Source: Octopus vulgaris (lineage: Eukaryota). Taken from it: a stretch of DNA of 64,000 bases. Every line of letters starts with the position of its first letter. The stretch's first letter is position 1. The translations under genes were made by a program, and so were the position numbers. The notes beneath the pieces are model-generated. The model saw only the letters and a program-made list of their open reading frames with translations, did no database searches and had not been told where the DNA came from. The stretch spans positions 3,224,001 to 3,288,000 of the forward strand of contig OX597837.1 in assembly GCA_951406725.2 (NCBI GenBank). Direction: 5' to 3'. Of this stretch, positions 43,079 through 56,280 are shown in pieces.

Positions 43079-43932
43079 ATATATACATATATATATATAA
43101 AATCTAGATTTTCTCTATCAAAAAGGATTTTTAATCTAATATTTACACTTAGGTCTCTATGTGCTTCAAAATTAATTGTTCCAAAAAAGGATTATTATGT
43201 TCTTTCAAAGATTTCTAAATTCTTGGGATGTCAACAATCTCTCTCACTCTCTTTCACTTATGTTTGTGTGTGTGTATGTGCATTTTTTGTATATTGTCTT
43301 GCCCAACTTGCTTGTCCTTAAATTTATTCCTTTACCTGCTCAAGATTAAATCTCGAGCACTACAAAGTGTGTTCTATACGGAGAATACCTAAGCTATAAA
43401 CTATATATATATATATATATTTTACTGTTCATTTTTTCGCTTCTCCCTACCCACACCCTTTTCCTTTCTTTTTGAGAAGCTCTGCAGATCCCTGTGCATG
43501 AACCTGCTCTGTCCCACCTCCCTCACAGCAAGCTCCACCTCCCCTAACATGAAGCTGTCTCACCACCTCTCCCAGAAATTTGTAGTCTTGCCAACTGCAT
43601 GGTGACCCCAGTAGTGCAGGTGGCACAAAACAGCCTCCAGTTCATGCTGTAAAGTGGTTGGCCATTTGTGGAAAGGCATCCGGCAGTAGGAACCATTCCA
43701 AAGCAGACACTGGAGCTCAAAGCAGTCCTTAGACTCATCAGATCTTGCCAAACCATCCAAACTATACCATCATGGAACATGGAGATTAGATGATATGAAA
43801 ATGATATATAATATATATATACACATACAAGTAAGCACACAAATGCAAAACAAGGTGGAAAAAATAGTACTCCAATACCGAAGGTAGAGTAATATGCTTT
43901 TCAATAGAAAAGCTGCAAAAACATCACAAAAA

Positions 43933-43970
43933 CTGTTACTCAGAGTTTCACACTTCCATTCGTCAGAGAG
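43933..43970 (-). ncRNA. Family B hammerhead motif with weakened stems
   Basis: Minus strand reads CTCT-CTGACGA-ATGGAAGTGT-GAAA-CTCTGAG-TA-ACAG. The core is intact but stems I and II carry mismatches. Confidence 0.6.
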
Positions 43971-44464
43971 TTGTGATCAAAACTATTATATATATATAAA
44001 TTAGAAATGGAGACCAAAATAATAAATTGAACAATAATTTAATCATTAAATGATAAATTCAATTCAATTTTATTTTATACAAACAAATGCCCCATATATA
44101 TATATATAAATATATATATAGTAATGTAAATGCTGTATAACAGACTATATACTTAACATAGTGCAAATATTATCTGGTATGTAGAACTTCTCTCAATTCT
44201 TTGGGTAGAATAGGAACATAATATAGATATTGTATCAAAAGTTGAGTCTATTCTGAGTTTCACACTTGACTCATCACAATAACATAGACAATCACTTTAT
44301 ATATATATCGTGGCCAGAACCTAGTGGAGCTTTAGGTATTTTTGCTCAATAAGCACTCACAATGCCTAGTGTGGGAATCGAAACTGTGATCCTATGACCA
44401 CGAGTCAGCTGCCCTAACCACTGGGCCATTGCGGCTCCACTATATATATATATATATATATATA

Positions 44465-44571
44465 TAAGTAAATGAGAGAATGGAGGCGAACGACGATTTT
44501 AACAAAATAAAGGAAGAGAATAAAGCAATTTTGTTAAAATCGTCGTTCGACTCCATTCTCTCATTTACTTA
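44465..44571. repeat. 44 bp inverted repeat (one mismatch, 19 nt spacer) at the start of a TA-flanked insert
   Basis: 44465-44508 is the reverse complement of 44528-44571. Confidence 0.92.
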
Positions 44572-44718
44572 TTGTTAAAAAAAACACACAAATTTCCACA
44601 TGAGAACACGTGATTTCTGCCCTTGGCATGTAGCTTCAACTGTGTTTTCTGACGTGAATTTGCTACCCGGGTATTGGTTAACCGAATTATCCATACTAGG
44701 ATAATTCATTCACCTACT

Positions 44719-44764
<46 letters not shown>

Positions 44765-47205
44765 CATCATCATCATCGTTTAACATCCGCTTTCCATGCT
44801 AGCATGGGTTGGACGATTTTTACTGAGGGCTGGTGAACCAGATGGCTGCACCAGGCTCCAATCTTGATCTGGCAGAGTTTCTACAGCTGGATGCTCTTCC
44901 TAACGCCAACCACTCAAAGAGTGTAGTGGGTGCTTTTACGTGCCACCGGTACAGGGGCCAGTCAGGCAGTACTGGCAACGACCTCGCTCGAATCTTTTTA
45001 CATATGCCACCAGCACAGGTGCCAGTAAGGCGATGCTGGTAACGATCATGCTTGGATGGTGCTCTTACCCCCCTACAAACACCCTACTGGCTCAAGTGCC
45101 AGTAGGGCGACACTGTAACGATCACACCTCAAATGATACCACTGGCACAGAAGCTGGTTAACCGCTCTGTCAACGATCACACTCGTATGGTGCTCTTTGC
45201 ACCCCGGTATGGTATATATATATATATATAATAACTATATCTTCATAATGATGAAACAATAGATATATTTAATGAATAACTGTATGACCCAAAGACAAAG
45301 CCTTGACATGGTTATTTGACCCAATAGAAACAGCAACCAAATCCCCTTCAACCATCATAAAAACAATGACATACTGGATAATGTAATGGATATACAAAAA
45401 GTTGAAATGGTCATGGTTGGGATGTCTAATCATAGGCCTGCCCAATGTGAGTTGACCTGGTGTTAAACAATAACAAGATCACTTAATTCTCCCACAGCAG
45501 CAAGTTAGAAAAAACAATGTATTGCTCTTACTGCAGTTAATTAGGTTAATTTGACATTTTTTCATTAATTACTAGTAATTAACAACATTATTAATTACTG
45601 GTTACTACTAAAATTGTTGGTCTTTAATTATTTCATAAACATCCAAAGCAGCAAATTGGCAGAGTCGTTAGCATGCTGCCAAGCAAAATGCTTAGCAACA
45701 CTTCGTCTGTCTGTATATTCTGGGTTTAAATTCTGCTGAAGTTGACTTTGTCATCCTTGTGCTTCATTTTAAGTAAATGTCATAATAAAAATATAATATA
45801 TTTCACAATTCCCTTTTTAAACAACTTTTAAGATGCTTTTTTTTTATATTATTTTTTTTTTTTCCTAAAATACTTCAAAATTCTGAAAGTTGATCCTTCA
45901 GCCTTCTAGCATTTGGTCTGCTGACTTTTCAGTTTTACAAGCTTTTGCTGTTCTGATTTTCCAGTCATTTGAAATTTGGCCTTCTCGTATTCATTCCTTA
46001 CATATTTGGCTTTGTGACTCAAAACCAAAAATACTGCATATGATGGCATATGAAATGCACTTTTTTCCCCCCAGAATGTCTCAGAAAATTATCCCAAGTC
46101 CTATATATGAAGTTGAATCCTCTAAAAGCTTTTTTCCTGAATAAGCACAGCTGAAATAGGGGAGCATCTAGGATACCCTTGTGTCTTTTATAGAATAAAA
46201 TATGGTAAATATGTTGTTATTTAGACCCTGGTTAGACCAGATTCAGCAGACAGAGGACATTCTACCCATGACTGTTTTGTTTTGCTTTCAGGCACAATGT
46301 ATCTAGGACTATATTCTTCTTGACACACACATCTCCTGTGTGATTTTGGAAAACAATATCTATATTTGTATTTTTGAGTGAGATGGGAGCAGAAAGACTA
46401 CCATATTTGAATGGCATCAAAGACACACAGACATTAAACATATCCCAATTCCAGCAGAGCATAATCAGGAGAGAAAATGTTTTTAGTGCATCCACTCTTG
46501 AATGGCGAGAAAGAGTTGTGGGAAAGCATCAGTCAAATGGGCAAGAAAAGACCCCCCAAAATTTCTCTTTTCCTTAAGAGTAATTTTTATAATTGTTTTC
46601 ACTTTAAAGTCCACAATCCAAAATAATCAGTCTTTTGCACAATAAAATTTACAATCTCATTACCAAAAAGTGTAAAATATTCACTTCCATTTGATAATGA
46701 CCACCATATCCATGTCAAATTTTTTAAATATTGATCGATGTTGTCCACCATTTAAGGGTTAAAGCATGTAATATAGATCCAAGTTTGTATGTGGGACCTG
46801 GGCAGATTTTTTTGACATGCTTTCTTTTATTCTAAAAAATTGCAACTTTATGCCATAAATAATATATATCAACAGTTGTTGTTTAGCTCTGACTAAGCTT
46901 TACTTATGATTAAAGTCATTGGGAGATTTAGCTGCTATTTTTAGCAAGTGGATTGTGCGAAAAAAATGCTTAGTGTTGAAGTAAGAGACAGGAGGAATTA
47001 ATAGGAGGAAGAGGAGCAGGTGGAGGGTGGGGAGGTGGTCTGCAGCTTGATGATTGGTTCAGAAGAGCAGTGACCATTGTAGAAGCAGCATGAAATATAC
47101 ATGGATGATACAACGCTCATGTGCATTTGTGTAAACATGGGTTAATATAATCAACTGAATGTTGGATGTGTCTGGAATACATGTAGAAAATATAGTTCAA
47201 CTAAC

Positions 47206-47335
47206 CAGGATTTGGATCCATTTAGAATATATGTGTCATCTAAAGGAGAATATCTAGCTACCGTTTCCATTGAAGATGGATCGCTTCCATGATTTGGTTC
47301 TGTCAGACCAAAACAACCAATCAGCTCTCCAGTTG
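47206..47335 (-). CDS. GCDH: GCDH exon (130 nt): [43 protein letters not shown]
   Basis: ttccag acceptor and GTTAGT donor. Acyl-CoA dehydrogenase motif [11 protein letters not shown]. Confidence 0.97.
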
Positions 47336-48627
47336 CTGGAAGAAAAAAACAAAAATGAAAGAAGAATATGAAGAAATATTTAAATAACATCATTGCTGTG
47401 ACTAAATGGATGATGAAGCTGCACTTAACACAAAAAAATTCTGTAGTACATATAACCAAGTATGGTACCTACTTACAGCTAAGCAGACTGGGCTGTTCAA
47501 CCTTGAATGTCTTGAACACAGAAACAATCTCTCAAAATGGTTGTCCAATATTTTATCTAGTTGACCATCTGCACTCCAATGAAATGACACAATTACCTGG
47601 TCTCTAAGTGTAACGGAGGCACCATTGTCAATAGATTTCACAGCTGCAATAGTTTGGACGAAACAAACCCCTCCTTTTTTGGCTCCCTTTTGTAGATGTT
47701 GAGTAACAAATAGTGACCAAGAGATATTTAAGCAATGTACCCACTGCAGGTTCATGCTTCTCAGACCAAACATGGAACACTTTGCCAAATCCTTGTTCTT
47801 TGTAAGAGCATCCCATTGAAATATCTACTCTGCTCAACTCAAAGCTTTTATGTGTGTGTGTGTGGGTGTAAAGACAGAAAACATGTCAAAAAGACAGGTC
47901 GGTTCCTCTCCAATTTTTTGTAAATTCTTAAATATATCTCCTTCTGTGTATATATATACTACCAAACAAACATGATTTTTATTGAACTCCTAATACTTTT
48001 TTGTTGAATACTTTCCTGTAAACTGTTTTTAACATTTTCTTATTTCTTATTATCAAAGAATGTGTATATGTATTTTAATACTTTTGTGACAACCACTACT
48101 TAACACAACAAAGCTTATACAAAGCTTTACATTTTACTTTTGACAATCTTTTTCTAAAAAAGTGAAACTGGTCAAGCGATTGTAAATAATTGTAAATAAT
48201 GTACATAGTTCCTCATCTCTTAAATATAGAACGGTGCTAAGATGTTCACATTCTTTGATATATTTTTTGCTGACAGAAACAAACATCCACAATCTCAGGC
48301 AGAATATCAACTGCATCCATCTGGCAATGAGTTTAAGAAGGTGGTTAACAAAAGTTGGGATGTGGACACTGGCCATCACAGACTCTCACACACACACAGA
48401 AGATAGGTTTAGATTATAAGAATGGGAATGTCATCATCATCATCATTTAACGTCTGCTTTCCATGCTGGCATGGGTTGTATAGTTTGACAAGAGCAGGCA
48501 TGGCTGGAGAGCTGCACTAAATTCTATACTCTGTATTGGCATGGTTTCCACCATATATTTAGGTTGATTATAAATTTTTTTTCTTGTGATTATAACACAA
48601 AACAAAACAAACATTTTTCAAACTTAC

Positions 48628-48737
48628 CTAATTTTGGTAAATATTTGGCTTTCTGTTCTTCGGTTCCGTATTCATTGATGGGGTGCATCACCAGGGATGA
48701 CTGGACACTCATTGCTGAACGGTAACTGCTATCTACT
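48628..48737 (-). CDS. GCDH: GCDH exon (110 nt): [36 protein letters not shown]
   Basis: ttgtag acceptor and GTAAGT donor, phase 2 to 1. Confidence 0.97.
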
Positions 48738-49238
48738 CTACAATTAGAGAACAATAACAGCATCATCATCAACACCATCACCATCAACAGCAGCAGCATC
48801 ACTACCATCATTTGATGCCTGCTTTTTCTATATCATCATGTGTCTGGAGGAGATTTCTTCAAGCTGTATTCTACGCCTTAATGCCCATACTGGTGCTAAC
48901 CTTTATTTGTTTTACAAATAAACTTCATTATTCCGAGCCTTCAAACACTGAACATAAGCAAATACAGGTGTGTCTAGAACCATAGAATCTAAATTCTTGA
49001 TTCATTAATTTTTATTGCATTGCATATTCTCTAGAATTGTTACCCCTGCCACTGCCCTGTTACTACAGGGGAGAAAACTCATATGGTGACATGATGCACC
49101 TACAATGTACTAAAGGTTAGAATTACCTCCACCTCTGGAAAGATGTATCATGATTACCAAATAGCAATTGAAAACCCCGCTCCACTTGAAAAAAAGGGAG
49201 ATAACCTAAAAATTCAAGACTTCTCCAAAGTTGACATA

Positions 49239-49472
49239 CAGGGTGGCCCAAAAGTAGGTTTACAGTTACTCAACTATCTCTTTTGCATTCATATATTAAC
49301 AGTTTAGATTTTAATTATAAAAAATATGAAACCATTATTGTATGCTAATTTAGTTAATTTTGTCAAGCTCCCTTTTCAGTTTGTAAGATAGAAATTTAAA
49401 TGTAATAAAATACTTTAAAAGAAATTTAAAATGCTTACGTGATAACTGTAAACCTACTTTTGGGCCACCCTG
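49239..49472. mobile_element. Tc1/mariner-type MITE, 234 bp
   Basis: Perfect 30 bp TIRs CAGGGTGGCCCAAAAGTAGGTTTACAGTTA with TA target duplication. Confidence 0.92.
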
Positions 49473-49507
49473 TATATATAAACTATGTTGGCTGCAAAGC
49501 TACTCAC

Positions 49508-49631
49508 CTTTCCAATTCTCTTGTAATCAAACCATATGCTACAGATGAAACACCAGCACATCCATAACCTTTGATTGTCGGACCAAGAACACCTAATGAT
49601 CCCATTTCATTCATTATTTCACGGTCAAAAT
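49508..49631 (-). CDS. GCDH: GCDH exon (124 nt): [42 protein letters not shown]
   Basis: Acceptor A10-G and GTGAGT donor, phase 1 to 2. [20 protein letters not shown] is the conserved GCDH segment. Not in the ORF track. Confidence 0.96.
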
Positions 49632-49870
49632 CTTTTTTTTTTAAAGAGAAATGAACAGAACAATTACAAATTAATATCAATCAGTGAAGGACAGTTTTAT
49701 TACAATATCACAAAGAAGACCAGAATGGACAAGGGTCCTAAAACATCCTTGCGGGTTTTGTTATGTCATACATTTTCATCCTGTTTCATATAACTGGGTT
49801 GCTTATCCTGTGTTGATAATATCACTCTTCACTCCTCTTTTGTTTGTTATCCATTTGTAAACTCATCTTT

Positions 49871-50070
49871 TAACTAGGTATCTCCCATGTAAACTAGGTA
49901 CTTCACCAGTAAACCAGGTACCTCCTCTGCAAGCCAGTTACCTCACCCATAAACTAGGTACCTTGCCTGTAAATCAGGTGCCTCACTTGTAAACTAGGTA
50001 TGTCACAAGTAAAACTAGATACTTCACCTGTAAGCTAGGGACTTCAGCTGTGAATTAGGCATCTCACAAC
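49871..50070. repeat. Degenerate 20 bp minisatellite, ~10 units (AAACTAGGTACCTCACCTGT)
   Basis: Regular 20 bp period is visible. Confidence 0.85.
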
Positions 50071-51004
50071 AAGGTGGAACTGCTACCCTCAGCTATCTAT
50101 TGTTTCAGGAAGGTTGCCCAGACCAAAAACACTCACTCTCCAAGCATTCCTCTATTCCACGACATTTTTGAATTCTTTTATTTTTAACTCAACTTCACAA
50201 GAAAGTTGATCAATGTATGTCATTCTGGTTTGATATGAGAATTCCCAAAGCTCATGGTCAACAGAAGGATCTCTTTCAGCCGTCCATCTTCACTTTGAAA
50301 GTGGTAACCAGCATATCTTGTCCGCCTTAAACGACTGGTGACATGTTGGGGATATTTCCATAAAGCTTTTCCTTCATTAGATGTTCCCATGATTTGTTGA
50401 GAACAAGTCAGGTTGGTCTCAAGCACTACTAGTACAACCTGTCTATGTGACAGGTTGTTGATGACCAAACCAGCAACCCCAACAAGCTTGCATGGTAAGG
50501 AGGGTGATTTTTTTGCACATTCTGCAGGACAAAACACAAGAGCTGTCAAATTGCAAAAGAACAAAGGTTTCCATCAATAAAGATACTGAAAATGTCTTCC
50601 ATTGGAACAAGATAATCTCTTGCAAGGATACAGTTACTGCAGAAAACGGTCTTTTGCTGCACCCATTCAGGTTTTGAACAACACACAAGTTAACCCTTTC
50701 ATTATCATATTTCTCTTCAAATACATTGTCATTGTTTCAATTAATTTTGGAAATAATGAAGAATTTAGTAAAATAAATGTCCTCATTAATCTGGTGTTTG
50801 GGACATAAATTGACAGGAAATTTTGATGGAAGATGGTTTTAATTAAATTCATTTTGAAACAGGGCATTTGTATTAACAGAACCAATGTGGATGCTTCAAC
50901 AGCAAACTGGATCTGGAAATTTTTTTTAATCTTGAGAGGAATAGCAGTGTGTATGTGTGCGTATGTGTGATTTGTGTGTGTATGTCTGTGTGTGTGTGTG
51001 TGTG

Positions 51005-51041
<37 letters not shown>

Positions 51042-51679
51042 GTGTATAAACAATTTATGTATTTATACACAAGGTGACCTTTGACAGGACACCTTACATG
51101 CTAAAAAGAGCAGTAAAAGCCCAAACCACAGTGTGTGTGTGTGCATGTGTGTGTGTATAAATATATATATATATATATAACACTTGCTTATGTGTGTATG
51201 TAAATATACACATATATCAAAGAATTAAGAAAATATTAAGCAAAAGACAACTAAATACTTTATAACTTGATATAATAACACTGACTGGGTCACCATGACC
51301 CAACACTTCATATCAGGTCAAGTACAATCAATTGTTCCAGTGATGTCAACTGATTCTGAAAGAGAACAAATGAAGGCAACATATTGTGTTACTATTGTCA
51401 AAATTGTAAAGAAAACCTTTCCTTTGATTGATGAAGCGGGATATAGGTTTACTGTGTCTGTGAACTTGACGACTGTGTGTGTGTGTGGTTATTGAGATGT
51501 GTGAATATGTTGAGGTTTATGTGCGTTTTATGTTTCAGGGGAAAATGGTGTGATGGCAGTTGAAGTGTAGATTTATTATAAAGGAAGAATGGGATAACAT
51601 TTTGCTTCCTTTCCTTTTGTTAGTTTCTGAAAACTGTTTTAAAGAAGAGAAATGGTGTGATTCATCAAGTAAATGAATG

Positions 51680-54050
51680 TTTGTTTCTTTTGGTGGGGAG
51701 GCACAGGAGCTATTTGTGTAAGGGAGGTCACTCTGATGTTATTACTAGATCTGGTGCAAAGAGGCAAGAGAATATTATGGAGAGCTGAAGAGGCACAGGA
51801 CCCTAGCTATTTGAAGTCCAGTGATGGTATGAAGAGCCATGTCTTATACAGGTGTTGGACCTCTCTGTCCACAGGGCCACAGGCAATGAAGCAATTTAAA
51901 CTATTTTGGAGTACTTCATGCTTCCACCAACCAACAGAATATTTGGTAATGTGGAATCTCTGTTCCAACAAGAGGAAAGCCATAATCCAACCAGAAGTAC
52001 GGCACCAAGAGGCAGAAGAAAGATGAAGGATGAAGAACTTGATTCTGAGGGAGCTTGGTTCAAACAGAGCCTCTCCAAAAAGAAGACCATATGATTAGAC
52101 CAATGGAACAATGGACTTTTCTGCATCACCTTCCTGCTGTTATTGGTGCATGACACACTCCTTACAGCCACAAATTTGCACAACTGAGACATGATGGAGG
52201 ACTGGCTATGTGGGGTATGTAGGGAAACTAGTGGACAATTTGGTACACAATCTGTTGGAATTTAAAACAGCACCCACTCAATGGAGATGATGCTATGGCA
52301 AGGTGCTTGTGATACTCACTCACATCCTGGAGCAGGAGAGATGTGAGACATGCCAAATACTAAGGAAAAACCATTAATATTGTTATGGAGGTAAATAAAC
52401 AGGAGAACATTGTGTCCTAGTTCCGTTGGTTGGAGTTGAAGCGGCACTCCAGTTGTTCAGGACGACAAAAAATCTTCTTTGTCCTGTCAACGGCCACAGT
52501 AAATAATGATTTTAGGAACTGATCTCTGATCCTAACAGGGCCAGGGAAAGTTTATAAAAAAAATTAAAATGCCACCCTTTAAAAGGCGACGGGGCATTGG
52601 TGTTGGGAGTAGTTGGGAGAGACGGTCAGTCGTTTCGGACAGCCAGCCAGGAGTTGAGTTGGCAAGAGGAGTTCAGTAGTTGAGAGAGACAGTCAGTCGA
52701 TATGGACAGCCAGCCAAGAGATGATAACGGCGAAGCGAGGAAGACAGGCAGGGAGTTAGAGACGATGACAACGAGAGACAGACAGGTGTAGTTGGAGGTG
52801 ACAGGGACAGAGATGACAATCGTAGTAGCTGTGAGGCTTAGAAAATGTTGCAGACTCAGAATGTGCCGGTCATGTTTTTGATTGGTTTGTGTTTTTGAAT
52901 TCTGATGTTTGGAAAAAAAAAAGACTCTGTGACATAAACTGTGAAAAGAAAGAAAAAAGAACTGTAAGATGTGTTTCTAAAAGAAAAAGAACTGTAAGAT
53001 GTGTTTCTAAAAGAAAAAGAACATTGTATTAGAAGGAGGAGAAAAGAAAAGAGAAAGAGACTGTAAAAAGAAGGAAAAGAAAGAGAAAGACTATTTGTTT
53101 TGATTGTTTTCCAAATTCTGTATTGTGTTGCATGTCAACTGATTGTTGTCGGGTGTTGTATTTTGCTAAATGCCATTGATTGTTCTTTTTTTTAAACTCT
53201 GTGTACGATCTGTTAAATGTTTGTTAACCTTGTGTTGTAGTTAAATGCTTTTGTTTGAAATGTTCTGATTTGTGAAGTATAAATTGTTAAACTAAATGCA
53301 ACTGCCTCCCGCTGTCTCTCTCTGTTGTTATTGTCTTGGTCCCTTGCGTTCGCTGCTTTTCCCCGTTTCCGTCGTGAGCTTCCGTTGACTGAGCGTCGTC
53401 GTCATCGAGACTTAGGGCCCGTTATCGACCTGGAAGGCCTAGGGTCTTAGAGTCCTGAGTTGAGTGCGCGGCATAACAACATCAATGAAATTCATGAGGG
53501 AAAGAGAATAAGTCATCAACAACAACAAACGATCCACAGCAAAAGGTCTAATGATGGGGCATTAAGGTGGACCTGGAAAGATGGTTATGGTCGCATCACG
53601 TCATCCTGACAAATTTGAAGTTGGACATGGGTCCATGGATTAAAGAGATGAAGGTCATGCTGATGGAACTTACAGTCCAACGGTATGAAAGGTTTGATCA
53701 AGGCTTTGAGAGAAAGAGTCCCAAATACCAGCACCTTTTACAAAATTGCAGGGAGGAAGAATGGCAAGAATGGCTATTCCAAGCCAAGGTTAATTCTAGA
53801 AACTATTCTGCCCTGGTCACAAGTATTCAAAAAGAAAGAAAGACAGCAGCTTGAGAGAGAGAGAGAGAGTCTAGAGAAATAGGCATTTGTTGGTTATGGA
53901 ACAGAAGAAAAAAATTGAATTGGAAGTCAGGAGAAGATGAGCTGTGGTTTGGCCAGCATCACAGCTGACCTGCCAACAGAAGGTGTTAGGGTTGAGGGTC
54001 AAAATGTCAGATGAATACTGGACACTGTCTAATGACAATAACATTTCCTT
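51680..54050 (+). mobile_element. Degenerate RLE-type non-LTR retrotransposon (HERO-like), split by a solo LTR
   Basis: Fragments WRAEEA; FLL..VHDTL.TATNLH..LCGVC..HNL (CCHC remnant); KVL..L.HILEQER. After the LTR: VDL..TNLKLD..MELTV..E..FERKSPKYQ.L..C..WQ.WLF. Confidence 0.7.
52381..53478. mobile_element. Solo LTR (~1.1 kb), probably Gypsy-type
   Basis: Inverted termini TGTTATG..CATAACA. Flanks ATAT/ACAT fit a 4 bp TSD with one mismatch. It interrupts a colinear retroelement ORF. Confidence 0.75.
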
Positions 54051-54144
54051 GTCAAAGATACTTTCACTAAAAATAAATGAGAGGAAAGTATCTTTTAAAT
54101 GGAATTACTCTTCCTAAATAAAAGATGAACTTATTATGACTTAC

Positions 54145-54282
54145 CTTCATTCCTGTTGGCCAGTAATATACGAGGCATAAGTTTTTCTTGACAATAATCC
54201 CGAAATTGGTCACGGATCAGAATTTCTTCTTCTGTCAGTTGACTTTCCAAATTAAGGGCATCTTGCCAGTTAAAGGTGGGAC
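54145..54282 (-). CDS. GCDH: GCDH exon (138 nt): [45 protein letters not shown]
   Basis: gtgcag acceptor and GTAAGT donor, phase 1 to 1. F.WQD.L.LE.QL and [12 protein letters not shown] are GCDH-specific. Confidence 0.97.
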
Positions 54283-56280
54283 CTGCACAGAGGATACACA
54301 TACAAACACATGAAAGCATACACACATATCATACATCTACACACATACAAACGTGTGTCTGTATGTTTGTGTATGTATATGTATACATACATATCATCAT
54401 CATCATCGTTTAACGTCCGTTCTCCATGCTAGCATGGGTTGGACGGTTCGACCGGGGATCTGGGAAGCCAGAAGGCTGCACCAGGCTCCAGTCTTATCTG
54501 GCAATGTTTCTACAGCTGGATGCCCTTCCTAACGCCAACCACTCCGTTGAATATATATATATATATATATTCAACCACGTGCTTTCACAAACTAATTTTC
54601 TTATATATATATATATGTATATATATGTGTGTGTGTGTGTGTGTATAAAATGTAAGCAGTACTAATTTCAGATGGAAAATAAAAATCAATCTTATTGATA
54701 TGATTGGAACTTCAAATCTATCTCACCTGCCAGGTAAATATGCTACTAATTACACTACAGGCCACCTGCCAGTACCTCAAGCTCAGAATTAGTTACATTA
54801 AAATTTTTTTCTGTTATTTTTTTATTTCTTTTTCCCCATTATAAATGTTCCAGTTTTATCCCTACAAGATAACTAGTCAGTTATTTAATATAGCAGAACA
54901 AGTGAAATTGATATATAAATATACTGTTAATGCTATGTATTACACATATTACATACACAGACATAATATATAAATATATTTCTCCCCAAAAGAGACAGGT
55001 GCAATATGCCCCAACTGATAACAAATGTATTTCTGGTCCCCAAGAGACTGTTTTACAGCAAACTGGTGGAAGACAAGCACATGCAAAGAGGAGAGAAAAA
55101 GTATCTTCAATACCTCACCAAACTGCTTTGAGATCAACCCTGACACCAAGGAAGCACATATGTAAGATTGCCCTGCCTGGTGAAGCTGCACCAACGTAGA
55201 TGCCACCACCTATGAACAGAACAGAATTACAGGAGCGCAAAAAAAAGGCAGATTGCACAAGTCCAGAGCCAACTTCTTGCCTTCTCCCCCAGCAGACCAC
55301 CAATACCCAACCTATGGCAGAGCCTTCCAAGCACACATTGGACGAATTGGTCACAGCTGGACACACCGTGTCCTGTCTTCTTCTTGCATGTGATCTTTGG
55401 TCATCATTGGCAATGAAGGATACCTATGCACACACACACATAGCATATGTAAACTATCTACAAATGTGATTCCCAACGTGGGGCGCATGCCCCACCGGTG
55501 GGGCATGATAATATTTTGGTGAGGCATGTGTAGAGTTATGCTGAATTTTTATACCTTTTGTACACAATGTTAAGTATACCAATAGGACAATTTGAGAATG
55601 AGGTATCAAAAAAAAATTTCTTTTACATTCCTTCGTGAACAATTTTATCAAAATTTGGACAATTTAGAGACAGCAGGTCGTTTTCGAGAGAATTATTTCC
55701 TTCAATTTAGTGCTGTGTGAAAACATGTAAGTAATAAAGAATGTGTGTGTGTGTGTGTGTTGCGTGCATGTATGTAGTCTGAAACTGGTCAGTACTGAAA
55801 GCAATGCCATCTTAATTCCCTATGGAGAAATAAACTGGAGACAGACTTATGTGAGTGGGTGTGTCTTTTAAGAGTACTGAGTCTTTTATCTCTGAGGATA
55901 GTGAGGGATGAAAGAAATGAATGGTATGAAATGGGTTGAAATGGAGTGGAAGTAAGGAGTAGCGTCAGTAAAGGAAGAGAAAGAGGCAGAAAGAGAGAGA
56001 GAGAAAGAGAGGAGAGAGAGGGAGATAGATAGATAGAGAGAGAGAGATTTATGGTACCGGGTAACGTACACATACGTGTGTGTGTGTGTGTGTATATATA
56101 TATGAAAAGAGATGAGAATTAACAGGTGATTTTATCCTCACCAATCAGTTTGTGAATTCAGCAAAAAGGTAAGAAAAACTTTCATCATTGATAAGGCTAA
56201 GAAGACTCATGGAATATTTTTTGTTTCTTTTTGAGCATATTTTCCGAAAGATTATACTGAAATCTTTTTGAAGATTCAAA

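Noticed and set aside
50100-50660. Possible 5' region of an old RTE-like element on the minus strand
   Set aside because: Too degenerate to identify diagnostic motifs by eye.
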